DNA of 59,727 nucleotides, from the NCBI RefSeq assembly GCF_006345805.1, contig NW_021832589.1, positions 1-59,727 of the forward strand, read 5' to 3'. Below are positions 40,251-53,879 of the stretch, one piece after another (position 1 is the stretch's first letter; each line of letters begins with the position of its first letter). This DNA is from Octopus sinensis. Taxonomy: Eukaryota. The translations under genes and the position numbers were made by a program. Under the pieces are notes generated by a model. That model was given only the letters and a program-made list of their open reading frames with translations, made no database searches and was not told the origin of the DNA.

Positions 40251-40587
40251 AATATCTATATTACGGAGTGAGTACGAAACGAAATACGGCTCAGTTCGAG
40301 ACATCTCGCAATGACGTCAGTGTAAATCTAACGTCGTTGCTGTACATACAGATGATCCGATCTCTCCCTTTTTATATCTATTATACCCCAACCCCGTCCC
40401 CACTACTTAACCTCTAGTTAACCTCTTCTTGATCCTTCATGACCACCTCTCCCCACTATACCATAAATTAACACTGACTAATTAACCAAAAGTGATAATT
40501 GAAAAATCTCACCTCGGAAGTCTTTTTTTTTTTCTTTTTCCCAGATATTTTTTCCCATTCCTCGTATTCTGAATATTCATAATCATG

Positions 40588-40768
40588 TTCTTTATTATCC
40601 AGGAAAGTCTTATAATCCGGCATTTTTTTCATAATCCAACATATTCTTCATAATTCGGCTCATTCTTCATATTTCCGGGAGATCCTTCATATTCTGGCTG
40701 ATATCCCGCAGAATGTCAAAAATCCGAAGACTGACCATAATCCATCGTATTCTTTATATTCCGGCATA
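40588..40768. repeat. Degenerate ~20-bp tandem repeat (consensus ~TTCTTCATAATCCGGC)
   Basis: About nine diverged units. Confidence 0.65.
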
Positions 40769-40999
40769 ATAACGAACAAGAAGGAAAAGGCCACGTTTTC
40801 TATCACTGGTTTTGCTCCTGTGTTGTGCTGCTATTATTTAGCACAAAGTCAGGCAGAATCGAGTTTATGATAAAAGACGTTCCAGTTGTCTCTTCTTTTA
40901 TCCAATGAGCCATTCTGGCACTGTGTCTAAATCAGGAATCGTTGTTGTTGTTGTTAACACTTTTCATAACTTGCTTAGAAGAGGAAAGGCAGCGGCCAT

Positions 41000-41618
41000 T
41001 ACGACGGAGACTAACTTTTGTCTCAATGTTTCCAACAGAATCACCTCCACTACAGTCACTCAAGAGTCAAAATAGTGATGTTAAAGCAGGAAACGGATGA
41101 AGTCTACTACTCAGCAACAAAATAGATCACTCAATACTTTCTCCGTCTTCCAAGTTTCAAGAAAATAATCTTCAATATTTCCTAAACACGCTCAATAGAA
41201 CCCAACCATGAGATTCGCGGGAACCTTCTCCATATAGAGGACTCGATTAGTGTAGATGCTGTAGTATGGGCCACGCCGGGTGTTGTGTAATTAAATGAAT
41301 GTCTCAATCTCCAGTTGATTATCAGGTCTTGAACATTTATATTCTTTCTAGTCTAGTGCCTTCTACCAAGACCGTTAAATCTGTCACCCACTTCGCTTCC
41401 CGGGCGAATCATTTTTCTGTTGAGTTCCAATTAGTCCTGAGTCTTTTTCTTCTAGCAAGTTCTTTCCTCGAACTGCTGCTCATCGTCTTGTTTTCCTCTA
41501 GTCTATGATAGTCAGTCCTTTAAGCTTTCTATCAACCGACATCTTTCCCTTCTTGCAGTCCCTTATGCAACGGTGACCCTAAACTTTATTCGGGACAAAA
41601 TCGTTGAAAACAAAAATG
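41000..41618 (+). mobile_element. Decayed 3' end of a CR1/Jockey-type LINE
   Basis: SLVP...HFSVEF...FFPRTAA...CFPLVYDSQSFKLSINRHL; 5' boundary uncertain. Confidence 0.6.
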
Positions 41619-42049
41619 CTGCAGTGAAATCTTTATCAAATTACCCCCGACTACATATTTATATACTAATCAACTGTGAGACTATCACAAAAAGTGCTTA
41701 ATTATCAATGTGACGTGCAGCACGGCTGAACGTGGAACCGCGTATTTACGAAGGGTTCGCCCAAAACTGGTCAGTGACAAACGTCAACACCACTTCGCAG
41801 TATTTAGTTAGGGGATTTAACACACGCACTGTGTTCAGACCACACAACGGCCCCATATGCTTTTGGCATTTCGGAGTCAATAGATTAATTACCAATCGAG
41901 TATTGATTACGAATAATTATCTATGTTAGTATGGATATTGTATAATTTGCGATATCCAAAGCCTGGAATTGTTTTCCAGGAGTTTTTGAGTTCAAATTCC
42001 GTCCTAATCAATTTTACTCTTTTCATGTCGTGTATTAACAAACGGATTA

Positions 42050-42342
<293 letters not shown>

Positions 42343-43119
42343 CAATACATAAAAATACACAGCCCATAGACGCAGAAAAGAGAATCGACGACAACAACGG
42401 CAACAGCAACAATGTCGACATAAAGATGGATTACCCAACAACAATCAGTGGGACAAATTAGGAAACTGACCAACTGGACTGCAATAAGACTTGCTGCCCC
42501 TTTTCTCTGTGTGATTGTAAGATTGGCCCTTATTTTCACATGTCACATCCAGTATAACAAAAAAGGGAGCTCGCCATATTGCAATAGAATAGGGCAGGGA
42601 AGAGAGGGATCTGGATTATATCTATATATATTATATTTGCATATATACATATACACACACACACACCATATATATACATATACACACACACACACACATA
42701 TACATATATATACATACATCTCTCTCTATATATATACGTATATATATATATACACATATATATGTGTGTGTGTATATACGCACACACACACGTAATGACT
42801 ATGCCAAGTCTTGCCTCAGTCAAGTACTAATTGTTTGTTAATGATAGATATGGATAATTTTATGTCTGTCACTTTTGTGTGGGGGTGGGTCGGGGGTGAG
42901 GGTGAGGGGTTGCATTTGTGTGTTTTGTGTTTGTATCGTCCTTATGTAGTTGTATGATTCTACATGTTTTATTCAAGAATACTCACGCGCTGTGTCTATA
43001 TGTATGTGCTTTTAGATATGTATGAGTTTATAGGTGTGTGCGTGTATACATACATGGCATATATATGTGTGTGTGTGTGTATGTATATATGTGTGTGTTT
43101 GTATGTGTGGGTATGTATG

Positions 43120-43178
<59 letters not shown>

Positions 43179-43717
43179 TAATTTGGGTGTGTAAGTGCAT
43201 GTGTGATCTTTTGGGTGTATGTGTATTTTGATGAACGTATCTGTTGGTTTGGTGATGTTTATTTTAATTATAGGAACGCCTATGAGTGAGGTACCGTTGA
43301 GATAGGGTATAGGCACACCCGGTGGGCTTCAGTGTTAGGAGAATGTGGAATCCAAGGAAACATACCGGAAATATGCTGGAATGACTGTAGGAGAGGAGGG
43401 CCAAGGGGATGATCAGCGTGTGTGTGTGTGTGTGAATATGTGAATGTATGTGTACATCTTAGGCGTGTGTGTGTGCGTACATCATATGCAAATGTGTGTG
43501 TGTACACCATATGCATGTGTGTATGTGTACACAAAATGCATGTGTGTGTATGTGTACACCATATGCATGTGTGTGTGTACACCATATGCATGTGTGAATG
43601 GGTACACCAAATGCATGTGTGTGTATGTATCTATTTAAACCACGAATAGTTTTCTGAACATTATAACACATAATATTCATGGCGACTTGCATAAACACAA
43701 CATTAATTTAATTTGAG

Positions 43718-44341
43718 CTAGCAGAGTTACCCGGCGTTGCCCGAGTTACATACAATTGAAGAATTAGACTTTTCTGTTATATTTTCTGTAATGAACTGGA
43801 ATACCTATGTTTCAAATTTCGTCAAAATTACAGATGAGGGTTATTTCCCTCTTTACACACCCAAACAAAATTGTAATCGTGCCACATGTATCCCATACTA
43901 CTGATTTTTATGCGCATATTCCAAAATACCAGCCTTATAGAACCTGTTAAAAGGATTTTGCTCCTGAAAAATTGAGGTCATGGGGCTCTAAAATGTGAGA
44001 GTTAACGCCCCTATTGGGGGTGGGCATTTCAATGTCAACCAGAGAAGTTGAATTGCTGAGAATCTTTTTAACTTGGGTCTTATATCTATTGTTTGAATTT
44101 CTTTGAAATAGGAAATATATACTCTTTACTCTTTTACTCTTTTACTTGTTTCAGTCATTTGACTGCGGCCATGCTGGAGCACCGCCTTTTTTTAGTCGAG
44201 CAAATCGACCCCGGGACTTATTCTTTGTAAGCCGAGTACTTATTCTATCGGTCTCTTTTGCCGAACCGCTAAGTGACGGGGACGTAAACACACCAGCATC
44301 GGTTGTCAAGCACTGCTAGGGGGACAAACACAGACACACAA

Positions 44342-44372
<31 letters not shown>

Positions 44373-45800
44373 CATACATATATCGACAGGCTTCTTTCAG
44401 TTTCCATCTACCAAATCACTCACAAGGCATTGGTCGGCCGGGGCTATAGCAGAAGACACTTGCCCAAGATGCCACGCAGTGGGACTGAACCCGGAACCAT
44501 GTGGTTGGTTAGCAAGCTACTTACCACACAGCCACTCTGGGTTTGTAAAAGAGAGTAAAGCTACAGGAAACCAAAAGAAAAATGATCACAATAAGCAGTC
44601 AGCTACAGTACCCTAGTCGTTACCACTCCCTTTGTAGTATTCCTCACCATGCAGGTGACAGGCACAGCCGTAAGATGCATTACGAATCTATAGCAATTGG
44701 AAGGGCGTGACCCAACTGAACTAAACATTAACAACTGTGTGACGTGAGGGCCAAGGAGAAATGAAAGTTGGAGTTTGCAAATGACCACTATACTGATACG
44801 TAACTGGACAAAAGAAATATACAATCTATAAATGTCTTTGAATAACCAGTCACTCATCTGGGAAGGCCTTGAAATCAATGTTACCATATGGGGACTATGT
44901 GTGACCCAGTGATAATAAAAAGACTGAAAGGAGATCTGCAATCAAATAACTTTACTCAACACTTTGCAACTGAATCAGTGGAGGCAAAGATGCCTCTCAT
45001 TTACTTAACAATTTATGCACCATATTGCAGAAATCACAATCTAAGTATATGTCAAAGCAAACTCTTACACTGTTGTACCATTGAATTACAAATAATGCTC
45101 ATCTTCTATGTTCGAATGCCCCCACAGCTTCCACGAGTACAACTGTATTCGTCTTTGCTTAGATAAAATGACTAAATTGTGGGTGTTAAGTCCCCATGAA
45201 GTGGTCTTTCTAACTTGTAAGATGAAATTTTATAAATATTACTTCATTTGTATCTAATATCTATGGTTAAAATTTCATCAACAGTAAAAATATATGAATT
45301 GTCATGGGGGTTGTGGCCCTTATGCATAGAATATAATTTCCAAATTTCGTAAAGATCCATTCAGTACTTTTGACTTAATTTTAGATCATAAAAGAAATTA
45401 CTACAATTTGGGAGTTAAGCCCCCATTAGGGTGTCTTAGAATCCTCATGTGAAGTGGAAACTTTGAGAATACTTCTTGATATGTGTCAGATATCCATGGT
45501 TGAAATTTCATCAACATCGAAAATTTATGAATTTTCATGGGGGGTTCTTCCCCCTTTAAGCCATCTGAAATTCAAACCAAACATATTGCATTATACCCGC
45601 CCTTATGCATTGAACCTAAGTTTCAAATATCATAAGGATCCATTCAGTAATTTTGGTCCATGAAATTGTATGAAACACACAGCATTACCCTTATCCCTAG
45701 GCTTCGATTTTGTGTTCTAAATTTCATTATGATCGGAGCAGCAGTTTTCGAATGTATAATACACGAATGCATAAATACATTTTCTTTGATATAATAAATG
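43718..45800 (-). mobile_element. Helitron deletion derivative with helicase C-terminal relic and nested SINE
   Basis: 3' end CTCGG GCAACG CCGGG..CTAG. ORF 44603-44941 ends QLLMFSSVGS...TTKGVVTTRVL*, like HGQLYVAxSRV...TKNVVYxEVL*. Repeated internal motifs (AAATTTCATCAACA, GATCCATTCAGTA). Confidence 0.7.
44120..44535 (-). mobile_element. SINE family A, full length, inserted in the Helitron
   Basis: Very close to the 15854 and 28433 copies. Confidence 0.95.
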
Positions 45801-45824
45801 TGAATGTACACATGTACATACATG

Positions 45825-45865
<41 letters not shown>

Positions 45866-45994
45866 GGTGTGTGTGCTATTATATATATATATTATATACA
45901 CACACACAAAGATAAATTGATAGATACAACTGAGTGGGCAAACAAAAAATATGAGACACAGCGTAGGCTTTTTTTATGTTGATTAGTCTGGCAC

Positions 45995-46165
45995 TATTCT
46001 ATTAGTTTCTTTGAAACCAGTAAGTTATGAGGATGTAAGTAAACGAACAGCAGTTGCTGAACAGTGATGAGGGTTGAAACACAGAACAACAAAGTCACAC
46101 ACATACACTTAAAATATATACATATATATATACGTTTGATTTCGTTAAGTTTGTGTCTACGAAAT

Positions 46166-46170
<5 letters not shown>
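45995..46170 (-). mobile_element. Decayed SINE A-related fragment
   Basis: TATTCTAT...GAAACCAGTAAGTTAT...TCTACGAAATCCA. Confidence 0.55.
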
Positions 46171-46204
<34 letters not shown>

Positions 46205-46328
46205 TAAAAACGGTAAGATGACAAAAGAAAGAAAGAGACCTCAATATTATGTAAATAGATGGTGTTGTGGATTATCAGAGTTTTATCTTGACTATTGAGT
46301 GATTGTAACATATTATTTTATAGATATA

Positions 46329-46715
46329 CTAGCAGTATCGCCCGGCGTTGCTCAGGTTTGTAAGGGAAATAACTATAAAGCATTTTAGAGAGTTTTATAG
46401 CCAAAAAATAGCAAAAAAATGGGAAAAAAATGATGGTAAATTTTTTTTTGAGAGTTAAAAAAAGGGATGGAGTTGCGTCCCCTAGACAGTTGTGGTTCGT
46501 GTTTTTTGATTCTCGACCCCATGTCGAATTTATCGATTTTTTTCAGAACTGGGAAACTTTTCAAATTTTGGCTGCGTTACTTTTGAATTATGAATTGGGC
46601 TGTGTGTGTTCAAGTTTCATCAGAATGGTTGAAAGCCGTGGTCGGGGTGAGGGTACAAGCAAAACAGACACACAGAAAACACGCACAGACAAACTGCCGT
46701 TTATATATAGAGAGA
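46329..46715 (-). mobile_element. Complete 387-bp non-autonomous Helitron
   Basis: A|TCTCTCTATATATAAACGG ... CCTGAGCAACGCCGGG CGATACTG CTAG|T: 5'-TC, 3' hairpin + CTAG, AT target, no TSD. Confidence 0.85.
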
Positions 46716-46834
46716 TAGATATGCACAACACACACACACACCACACAAACCACACACACACACCACCACAAAGATAGATTTATGGGCAAACAATAATATG
46801 AGATACTGCCTAGTGGGTTTTTTGTTTATTTTGA

Positions 46835-47135
46835 TAAGCCTGGTACTTATTCTATCAGTTTCTTCTTGTGAAACCAGTAAGTTATAGGGATGTAAATAAA
46901 ACGAACACCAGTTGTGAGCAATGATTTGGAGAAACACAAAGACACACACACAGACTTACATATATACATACATATATATACGATTGATTCTTTCAGATCT
47001 CGTCTCCATAAATCCACTGACAAGGCTTTGGTTGGTCTCAGGCTATAGTAGAAGACACATGCCAAGTCACCACACAGTGGGACTGAACCCTGAACCATTA
47101 GTTTTGGAACGAAGTTTGTTACCACACAGCCACAC
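46835..47135 (-). mobile_element. SINE family A lacking tail
   Basis: Matches other A copies; a short inverted head copy lies at 47336-47385. Confidence 0.85.
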
Positions 47136-47235
47136 TTGCACCTATGTATGTGTGTGTGTGTGTGTATGTGTGTATGGTTGTATATATGTATGCATGTGTA
47201 TATGTGAATATATATGTGTACATATTACATGTACA

Positions 47236-47271
<36 letters not shown>

Positions 47272-47846
47272 TACACATATACATATACAGCTATACACAC
47301 ACACACACGCACACACACACATACATAGATCCAGATGTGGCTGTGTGGTAACAAACTTCGTTCCAAAAATCTCATGGTCCTGGGTTTAAATTTAAATTTA
47401 AAATAATAAGGGTGAGAAATTGAATATTAATTTGATAATATGAATGAAAACCAGTGGTGTAGCATATAAGACCATAGCGGATCTTCTTCTTGCAAAATGG
47501 ATGTCCACTGTTAATGGTTCATCCCTCTATCTAATAGTTGGACTTTATAGTTTCGTATTAAAGTGAAAGTATCTGACTTACAATAGAGAGATGTTTTTGT
47601 TTCACTTTTCCAACACGTAATACTGAAATAGTGGAGAAGATATGATATTGCTCTGGGATCACTCTAGGCAAGAAGTTAAACATTTTCTTATCCATGACAC
47701 TTACATGGACCTAAGTAAGGCATGTGTAAAAATTTGAATGAAATTGGTTGTGTAGTTCTCACTGTTTTAGGGATTCATAGTGGAGAAGGTTTATATTATA
47801 TATATATATATATTATATATATTATATATATATATATATATATATG

Positions 47847-48177
47847 TGGGTGAGGCCCCTTCGGTCAGACACTGACCATGGGTTTGCACCTAGAGAGTTA
47901 CCCTCTGAGGCACAAGTCTGGGCAAGGTGGTTTTATGGAAGACCAGCAGTCGCCCATGCATACCGGCCCTCCCCTCTCCACGTCACCGATGTTGTCCAAG
48001 GGAAGGGCAAGGGCCATACAGCTTGGCACCTGTGACGTCGCAACTCATTTTACAGCTGAGTGAACTGGAGCAACGTGAAATAAAGTATCTTGCTCAAGAA
48101 CACAACACGCAGCCCGGTCCAGGATTCGAGCTCACAACCTCACGATCGTAAGCTCGATGCTCTAACCACTGAGCCAC
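47847..48177 (-). mobile_element. SINE with family C head/core and a different 3' module
   Basis: 48053-48177 matches the C head/core; 47847-48050 differs from 27500-27700. Confidence 0.85.
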
Positions 48178-48194
48178 GATATATATATAATATA

Positions 48195-48269
<75 letters not shown>

Positions 48270-48390
48270 TAATATATATAATATATATCTATATATATAT
48301 ATATATGTAGGTCCCGGTTGATTCGGGGTTAACCACAGAAATAAGGTACTCAATACATAGCAGAGTAAAATTAATTTATTATATAGAAGG

Positions 48391-48442
48391 AGCTTCTACA
48401 GGACTAGAACTGTTTCATTCAAGAGAAAATCTTCAGGAAGCT
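48391..48442 (-). ncRNA. Type I hammerhead ribozyme with canonical core
   Basis: AGCTTC-CTGAAGA-TTTTCTCTTGAAT-GAA ACAG TTCTAGTC CTGT A-GAAGCT: 6-bp stem I, 4-bp stem III, GUA triplet; stem II weak (TTC/GAA). Confidence 0.8.
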
Positions 48443-48465
48443 AGTTAACAAGAATGTTTGTAACT

Positions 48466-48518
48466 AGCTTCCTGAAGATTTCTCTTGAATGAAACATCTA
48501 GTCCTGTAGGTAGAAGCT
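48466..48518 (+). ncRNA. Mirror hammerhead copy with small indels
   Basis: AGCTTC CTGAAGA TTTCTCTTGAAT GAAACA TCTAGTC CTGTAGGTA GAAGCT. Confidence 0.6.
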
Positions 48519-49040
48519 CCTTCTATATATAATAAATTAATTTTACTCTGCTATGTATTGAGTACCTTATTTACTGTGGTTAACCCCCGAATCAACCCGG
48601 GACCTATATATATATATATATATATATATAATAAATTAATTATGTACCATAGGTTTGTAATTATACTTTTGGAGATTAATTATCTCAATAAAACTGCTGT
48701 CGAACACAAGGTATGAACTTCATGTGAAATTTAGTTTTACTACGTTTATGTGTGTGTCTTCTGTGTGCTGTGTGGTGTGTGTGTGTGGTGGTGTGTTGTG
48801 TATATTTTTTTTTGTTCTATAATATATATATGATATATAGTATGTATATATATATGTTATATATGTGTGGTATATATATGGTGGTGTGTGTATATATATG
48901 TGTGTATATATATGTGGGTATATATATGTGTGATATATATATGTGTGATATATATATGTGTAATAATATATATGTGTGTGTATATATGTGTATATATATA
49001 TATATGTGTGTGTATATATGTGTATATATAGATATATATG

Positions 49041-49072
<32 letters not shown>

Positions 49073-49224
49073 GTGTGTATATATGTGTGTATATATACAT
49101 ACTCATACGTCCATACATATACAGTTATATATATGCTTTCATAAATAAACATTATTATAATAGAAATATTATTATTTCTAAGTCTCCCTAAAGGAGACTA
49201 CGGCAGCGGTACTGGATATTAACT

Positions 49225-49317
49225 GTTATCGCCAAGCTAATATGGCAGTCTATAAATATAGGATGAAAGCTGCTTTCGTCCTATATTTATGGACTGCCAT
49301 ATTAGCTTGGCGATAAC
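49225..49317. repeat. 46-bp-arm palindrome with 1-nt centre
   Basis: The two arm differences are both G.U-compatible on the + transcript. Confidence 0.95.
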
Positions 49318-49753
49318 TATTAAAATACATTATTATAATATAATATATTTAATTATATATTCATTACATAATATATCATATTATTATATTGTAGTCTTAC
49401 GAAAGCCAATATTTCCGATTTCATGACTTAAATAAGCAAAGCGGTGCAAAAAAATGTGATATATTAGTCTTTCTAAATATAACATACCTCCTCCAGTACA
49501 GGGTACCCTTTTTACCTCCTGGAGACACTCACGTACGTGCACACACGCACACACACACACACGCACACACACATATCTGTGATGGTCAGTTGTTCTTTTT
49601 ACTTCACTCTGACCGAGGGTTTCTCTTTTAAAACATATTTCAAAAGTCTTCTTTCTTTCCCATCTCTTTCCACCATGTTACTTCATGCAACCAATAATAA
49701 AATGTACAAAAAGGGGACAAAGAACAAGTATATATAAGTATATATATATATAT

Positions 49754-49809
<56 letters not shown>

Positions 49810-50002
49810 TTATATATAATATATATAAGGTATATATTTATATATTGTATATATATATAGTATATATATTATATATGTATATATATATAAGTAATATTAT
49901 ATAGATAATATGATATAGAATAATATGATATATAATATATGTATGTAATATTATAATATATATTATTAATATATATATATACTTATATATATAGATATAT
50001 AC

Positions 50003-50194
50003 TTAAAAGCAACAAATATATCACGAAAACTGTTATTCAGAGATTCACGTTCCTCTTTGACGAACAGGAACGTGAACTCTGGGTAACAGTTTTCTTGATA
50101 TTTTTTACTGCCTTTTAATAAAGCATATTACTCTACCTCTGGTATTCGAGTACTACTTTTTCCACCTTACTTCGCATTTATGTGATTACTCTGG
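50003..50194 (+). mobile_element. Older copy of the 20208 fold-back/HHR family
   Basis: 50077-50194 matches the reverse complement of 20208-20324; decayed core TTGACGA ACAGGAACGT GAACTCTGGGTA ACAG; fold centre ~50058. Confidence 0.85.
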
Positions 50195-51164
50195 TGTATA
50201 TATATATATATACACGTGCATTTATGCCAAACATATACAGAGAGAGAGGGAGAGAGGGAACGAGAAGAATAGAGGAAAATAGATAATGAGGGAGCAAGCT
50301 GGGGAGAGATATATTGTGCTGGAAGGGTGCAGTTGGGTTGTGGTGGGGCTGCAGTTGTGGATTACAGATACGAGAAAAGTGTTTGCGCTGGAGTGTTAAA
50401 CAAATGTGTGCTAAAGCATAAGGGTGAGATGCGGGTGGAAGATAGCTATAAATACGGTGTCGGCGGGGAGGCGAGTTTGATAAGGTGGACAGAGTGTTTG
50501 GGGTAATGGGGTGAGAACTAGCTACTGTTGTTATCATTGCTATCGCATCACCATCGCCGTCATCATCACCATCCCGTCACCTTCACCGCCGCCGCCGCCA
50601 TCGTCATCGTCATCATCATCATTCTCATCATCATTTTCATCATTGGGGCAATAAACGAGATTACGCAGTCGCAAATCGAATAGATATAGCGGCCTGAAAG
50701 TATATGGTTGTGTGTTAAGATAGGGAGAACACATTAAGCAATGTTAGAAAGGAAGAAAAAAAAAACTGGATGATCACGGTTGGCGTGTGTTTGATTAGCG
50801 ATTTGCTGGATCGGTGGTGACTGGAGGTCGGGGTTGTGGAGTAAGCAACAGTGACAATATCAATAACAACAAGAACATCTGTTATAATGAAAACTGTTGC
50901 AACAGCAAAGAGTAAATCACTACAGCACCAATAATAGCATGATAGAAATGGCAGCCAAATCGCGTTCAACTCACACACCCGAGCACCTGAGGAAAGGATG
51001 CTGTTGACAAGGTGCTCCCTGTTTCCTCCGTTCCCTGGAAAATTATTGGAACAAGTAACAACAACACGAAAACAACAGCAGCAAACTACAACAACAACAA
51101 TAGCAAACTAAAACCCCAAACTACAACAACCACGACAATGACAAACAATTCTTTTTTAATTTTG

Positions 51165-51325
51165 GCTCCGGAAGGGGCGGGTGAGGGGAACTGATTGCAC
51201 TTTATTTATCGACCTCGGAAGGATGAAACACAATGCTGACCTCGGCGGCTTTTGAACTCAGAACGTCAAAAACTTGAAGAAATATCTCTAAGCAATTTGT
51301 CTAACGCGTTAACGATTCTGCCATC
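51165..51325 (-). mobile_element. SINE family B, decayed
   Basis: TTTATCGACCTCGGAAGGATGAAA...TTTGAACTCAGAACG...AACGATTCTGCCA. Confidence 0.8.
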
Positions 51326-52714
51326 AAACTAAAAAACGAAACTTGAAGAGTTGGCTACAACAACAACAATAGCAACATCAATGATAACACACGAAGTTGG
51401 AGCCACTGGCTGAGTGGTTAGAGGGTTGGGTAAAATGCTTTGTGGTTCTCTTTGCTTCGAGTTCAAATGACCCTGAAGTCAATTTGTTTTTTATCGTGTC
51501 ATGTCCTTTCGTTTCCTTCTCGAAGACGGTGTTGTGAGATTTGAAGGAGAATTGGCTATTATTTCTAGCAGGTAATGTGACTATGTAGAGCCGCTCTAGT
51601 TGGTTCAGTACTAAAGAAGGTTATGCTGTAATGATAGCGGTGGAGGTGATGGTGGGGTGGCTATATGGGGAAGATGAGATGAGAGGGGGGGTTATATACT
51701 GCGGTGGTTTTGATGGTTTAAGGAGAAGGATGGGGTGGGGTAGAGATTCTGTTTTAGCGGCGGTGGCGGTGACGGTGGTTATTGTGTCATGAGTGTGATG
51801 GTGAGGTGTTAGAGAGAGAGAGAGAGAGAGAGAGAGATGTTACGTTCCAGTGTTGGCGGTGGGGCTGCAGCTTGCAGAGAGGCACTGATAGGGGTTACGT
51901 TGTAATGGTAGCGGTAGGAGGCGGTGTTCGGCAGGAGAGAGAGAGAGAGAGAGTGAGGGAGAGGAAGAGGAAAATGTCTATTGACGGTGATGGTTCGTGT
52001 GATTGTGGAATATTTCGCTATTTTCTGGTTTTAATTTTTGTTTTTTGTCGAATATTTCCAGGCAGGAATGAAGCGGGTCGGGAGGGGGCAGGGCAGTTTG
52101 TTAAAAACGGTTTTTGCTTATTGTTTTTCATTTTCATAGTTTGTTCTTATTATATAATTTCTATTTCTACCCCTCACTCCACACCCCACCCGTCTTGTGT
52201 CAACCCACATCCGACTTCCGGTTGCTTACCGACAGCCATTTTACACATGGCTAACTGAGGTCACTCTCTCACCACCACCACCACCACCACCACCACCACC
52301 ACCACCACCGTCACTGGCCTTTCACCTCTGCCGCTGCCGCCATACATGCACCGCCACCGTCATCACCACCACCACCACCACTACTATTGCATTAACTACA
52401 ACTACTACTACAACCACTTCTATCAATATTATCCCTGCTACTACTATTCATTATTGTACGAAAATACTACTAACATACTATTACTACTACTACTTGAAGA
52501 ACAACAACAACAACTATTACTACTACAAGTACCCTTATAACCTTGTTCGTGTCACCTATCAAAAGTCCACCCACCCATCCATACACACACACACACAGAC
52601 ACCCACCCACACACGCACGCACGCACAAACAGAACAACTCCCGCGATACACCATGGCCACCACCACAGCCTTTGCAGTATGCCTTCATCTCCATCTCCTC
52701 TTCAGCCTCCCCCT

Positions 52715-52960
52715 CCGTCACCCCTCCCCTCAATCACCCACCCTCCATCACCCCTCCACTCCATTACCCTTTCCCCTCTATCACCCCTCCTTCATCACCC
52801 CTCCCCTCAATCACCCACCCTCCATCACCCCTCCTTCATCACCCCTCCCTCCATTACCCTTTCCCCTCCATCACCCCTCCTTCATCACCCCTCCCCTCAA
52901 TCACCCACCCTCCATCACCCCTCCACTCCATTACCCTTTCCCCTCCATCACCCCTCCCTC
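52715..52960. repeat. C-rich minisatellite (CATCACCCCTCC-based higher-order repeats)
   Basis: Directly visible; G-run-rich on the minus strand. Confidence 0.9.
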
Positions 52961-53355
52961 TTCTCGATCAACTTAAAATAAACGATCTTTAAACACAATT
53001 CCAGTTGATTCTGAAGGAAAAGGGTGCTGCCCGTAGCCTTTGCCCCTTCAACTACGACTGCAGCATGTGACAGTGTTGGTGGCTGTGGTAGCGGTGGTGG
53101 TGGAAGATAGAAGGGGATGGGAAGGGAGGGAGGGACGTTACTCGAGGTTAAGATGGTTAATGTCCAGGTTGAACTTTACAAGGTCAATCGTAGAGGTTCA
53201 AGGCGAAGCATTAAGAGCTAAGACGACCCCAACAAGTCATGTGTGTACGCACACGCACACACATTGGTACATACACACACACACACACCAAACACGCATA
53301 TGTATATATATAATATATATGCACACACACACAAATACACATTTATATATATATG

Positions 53356-53530
53356 TATAATCAAAATAAGCAACAAGGATATCCAGAGGTAATGCATTAT
53401 CTTTGGATATCCTTGTTGCTTATTTTGATTATAATCACCCCATTTTGAATTATATGGATAATACCATACTAAATTCTGGTGCGTTTAACTTAAGTACCAT
53501 ATTCAATTGAATCTAAATTTTACTGAACTT
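53356..53530. mobile_element. Fold-back element: 39-bp arms with no loop plus ~100-nt extension, in (TA)n
   Basis: 53356-53433 palindrome with two G.U-type differences. Confidence 0.75.
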
Positions 53531-53879
53531 ATATATATATATATATATATATGGGTGGCGTCATTCGAAGGCTAAAACAATGCGAACGCATTGTGACCAG
53601 CGATGTGTTACAACATCTGATGGTCTGGTCGGTCATGTGATCACGTGATATATAAACATATGTATATATGGGTACAGGACGTCACCAACAGTAAGCAACA
53701 TGAAATACGAAAACAAATGAGTTCAATAGGCAAACAACGAGAGAAGCATACAACATGCCACGTGTCTCGAAGCGATCTTTCAGGCTTAGTTCATAACGCT
53801 TGATGTATTCAAAGCCAGGATACCGGACTATTATGAGAAAGAATGACAAACAAAAAAAGGAAGAACGTGGAGAAAAATA

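Larger units (their letters stand above)
48308..48606. mobile_element. ~300-bp near-perfect fold-back element with two HHRs in (TA)n
   Basis: Arms ~48308-48450 and ~48458-48606. Confidence 0.92.

Noticed and set aside
52197-52992. Proline-rich extensin-like ORFs
   Set aside because: Derived from (CCA)n and a C-rich minisatellite.
53755-53790. CTGAAAGA..GAGACACGTGGC HHR-like remnant on the minus strand
   Set aside because: Too degenerate to call.
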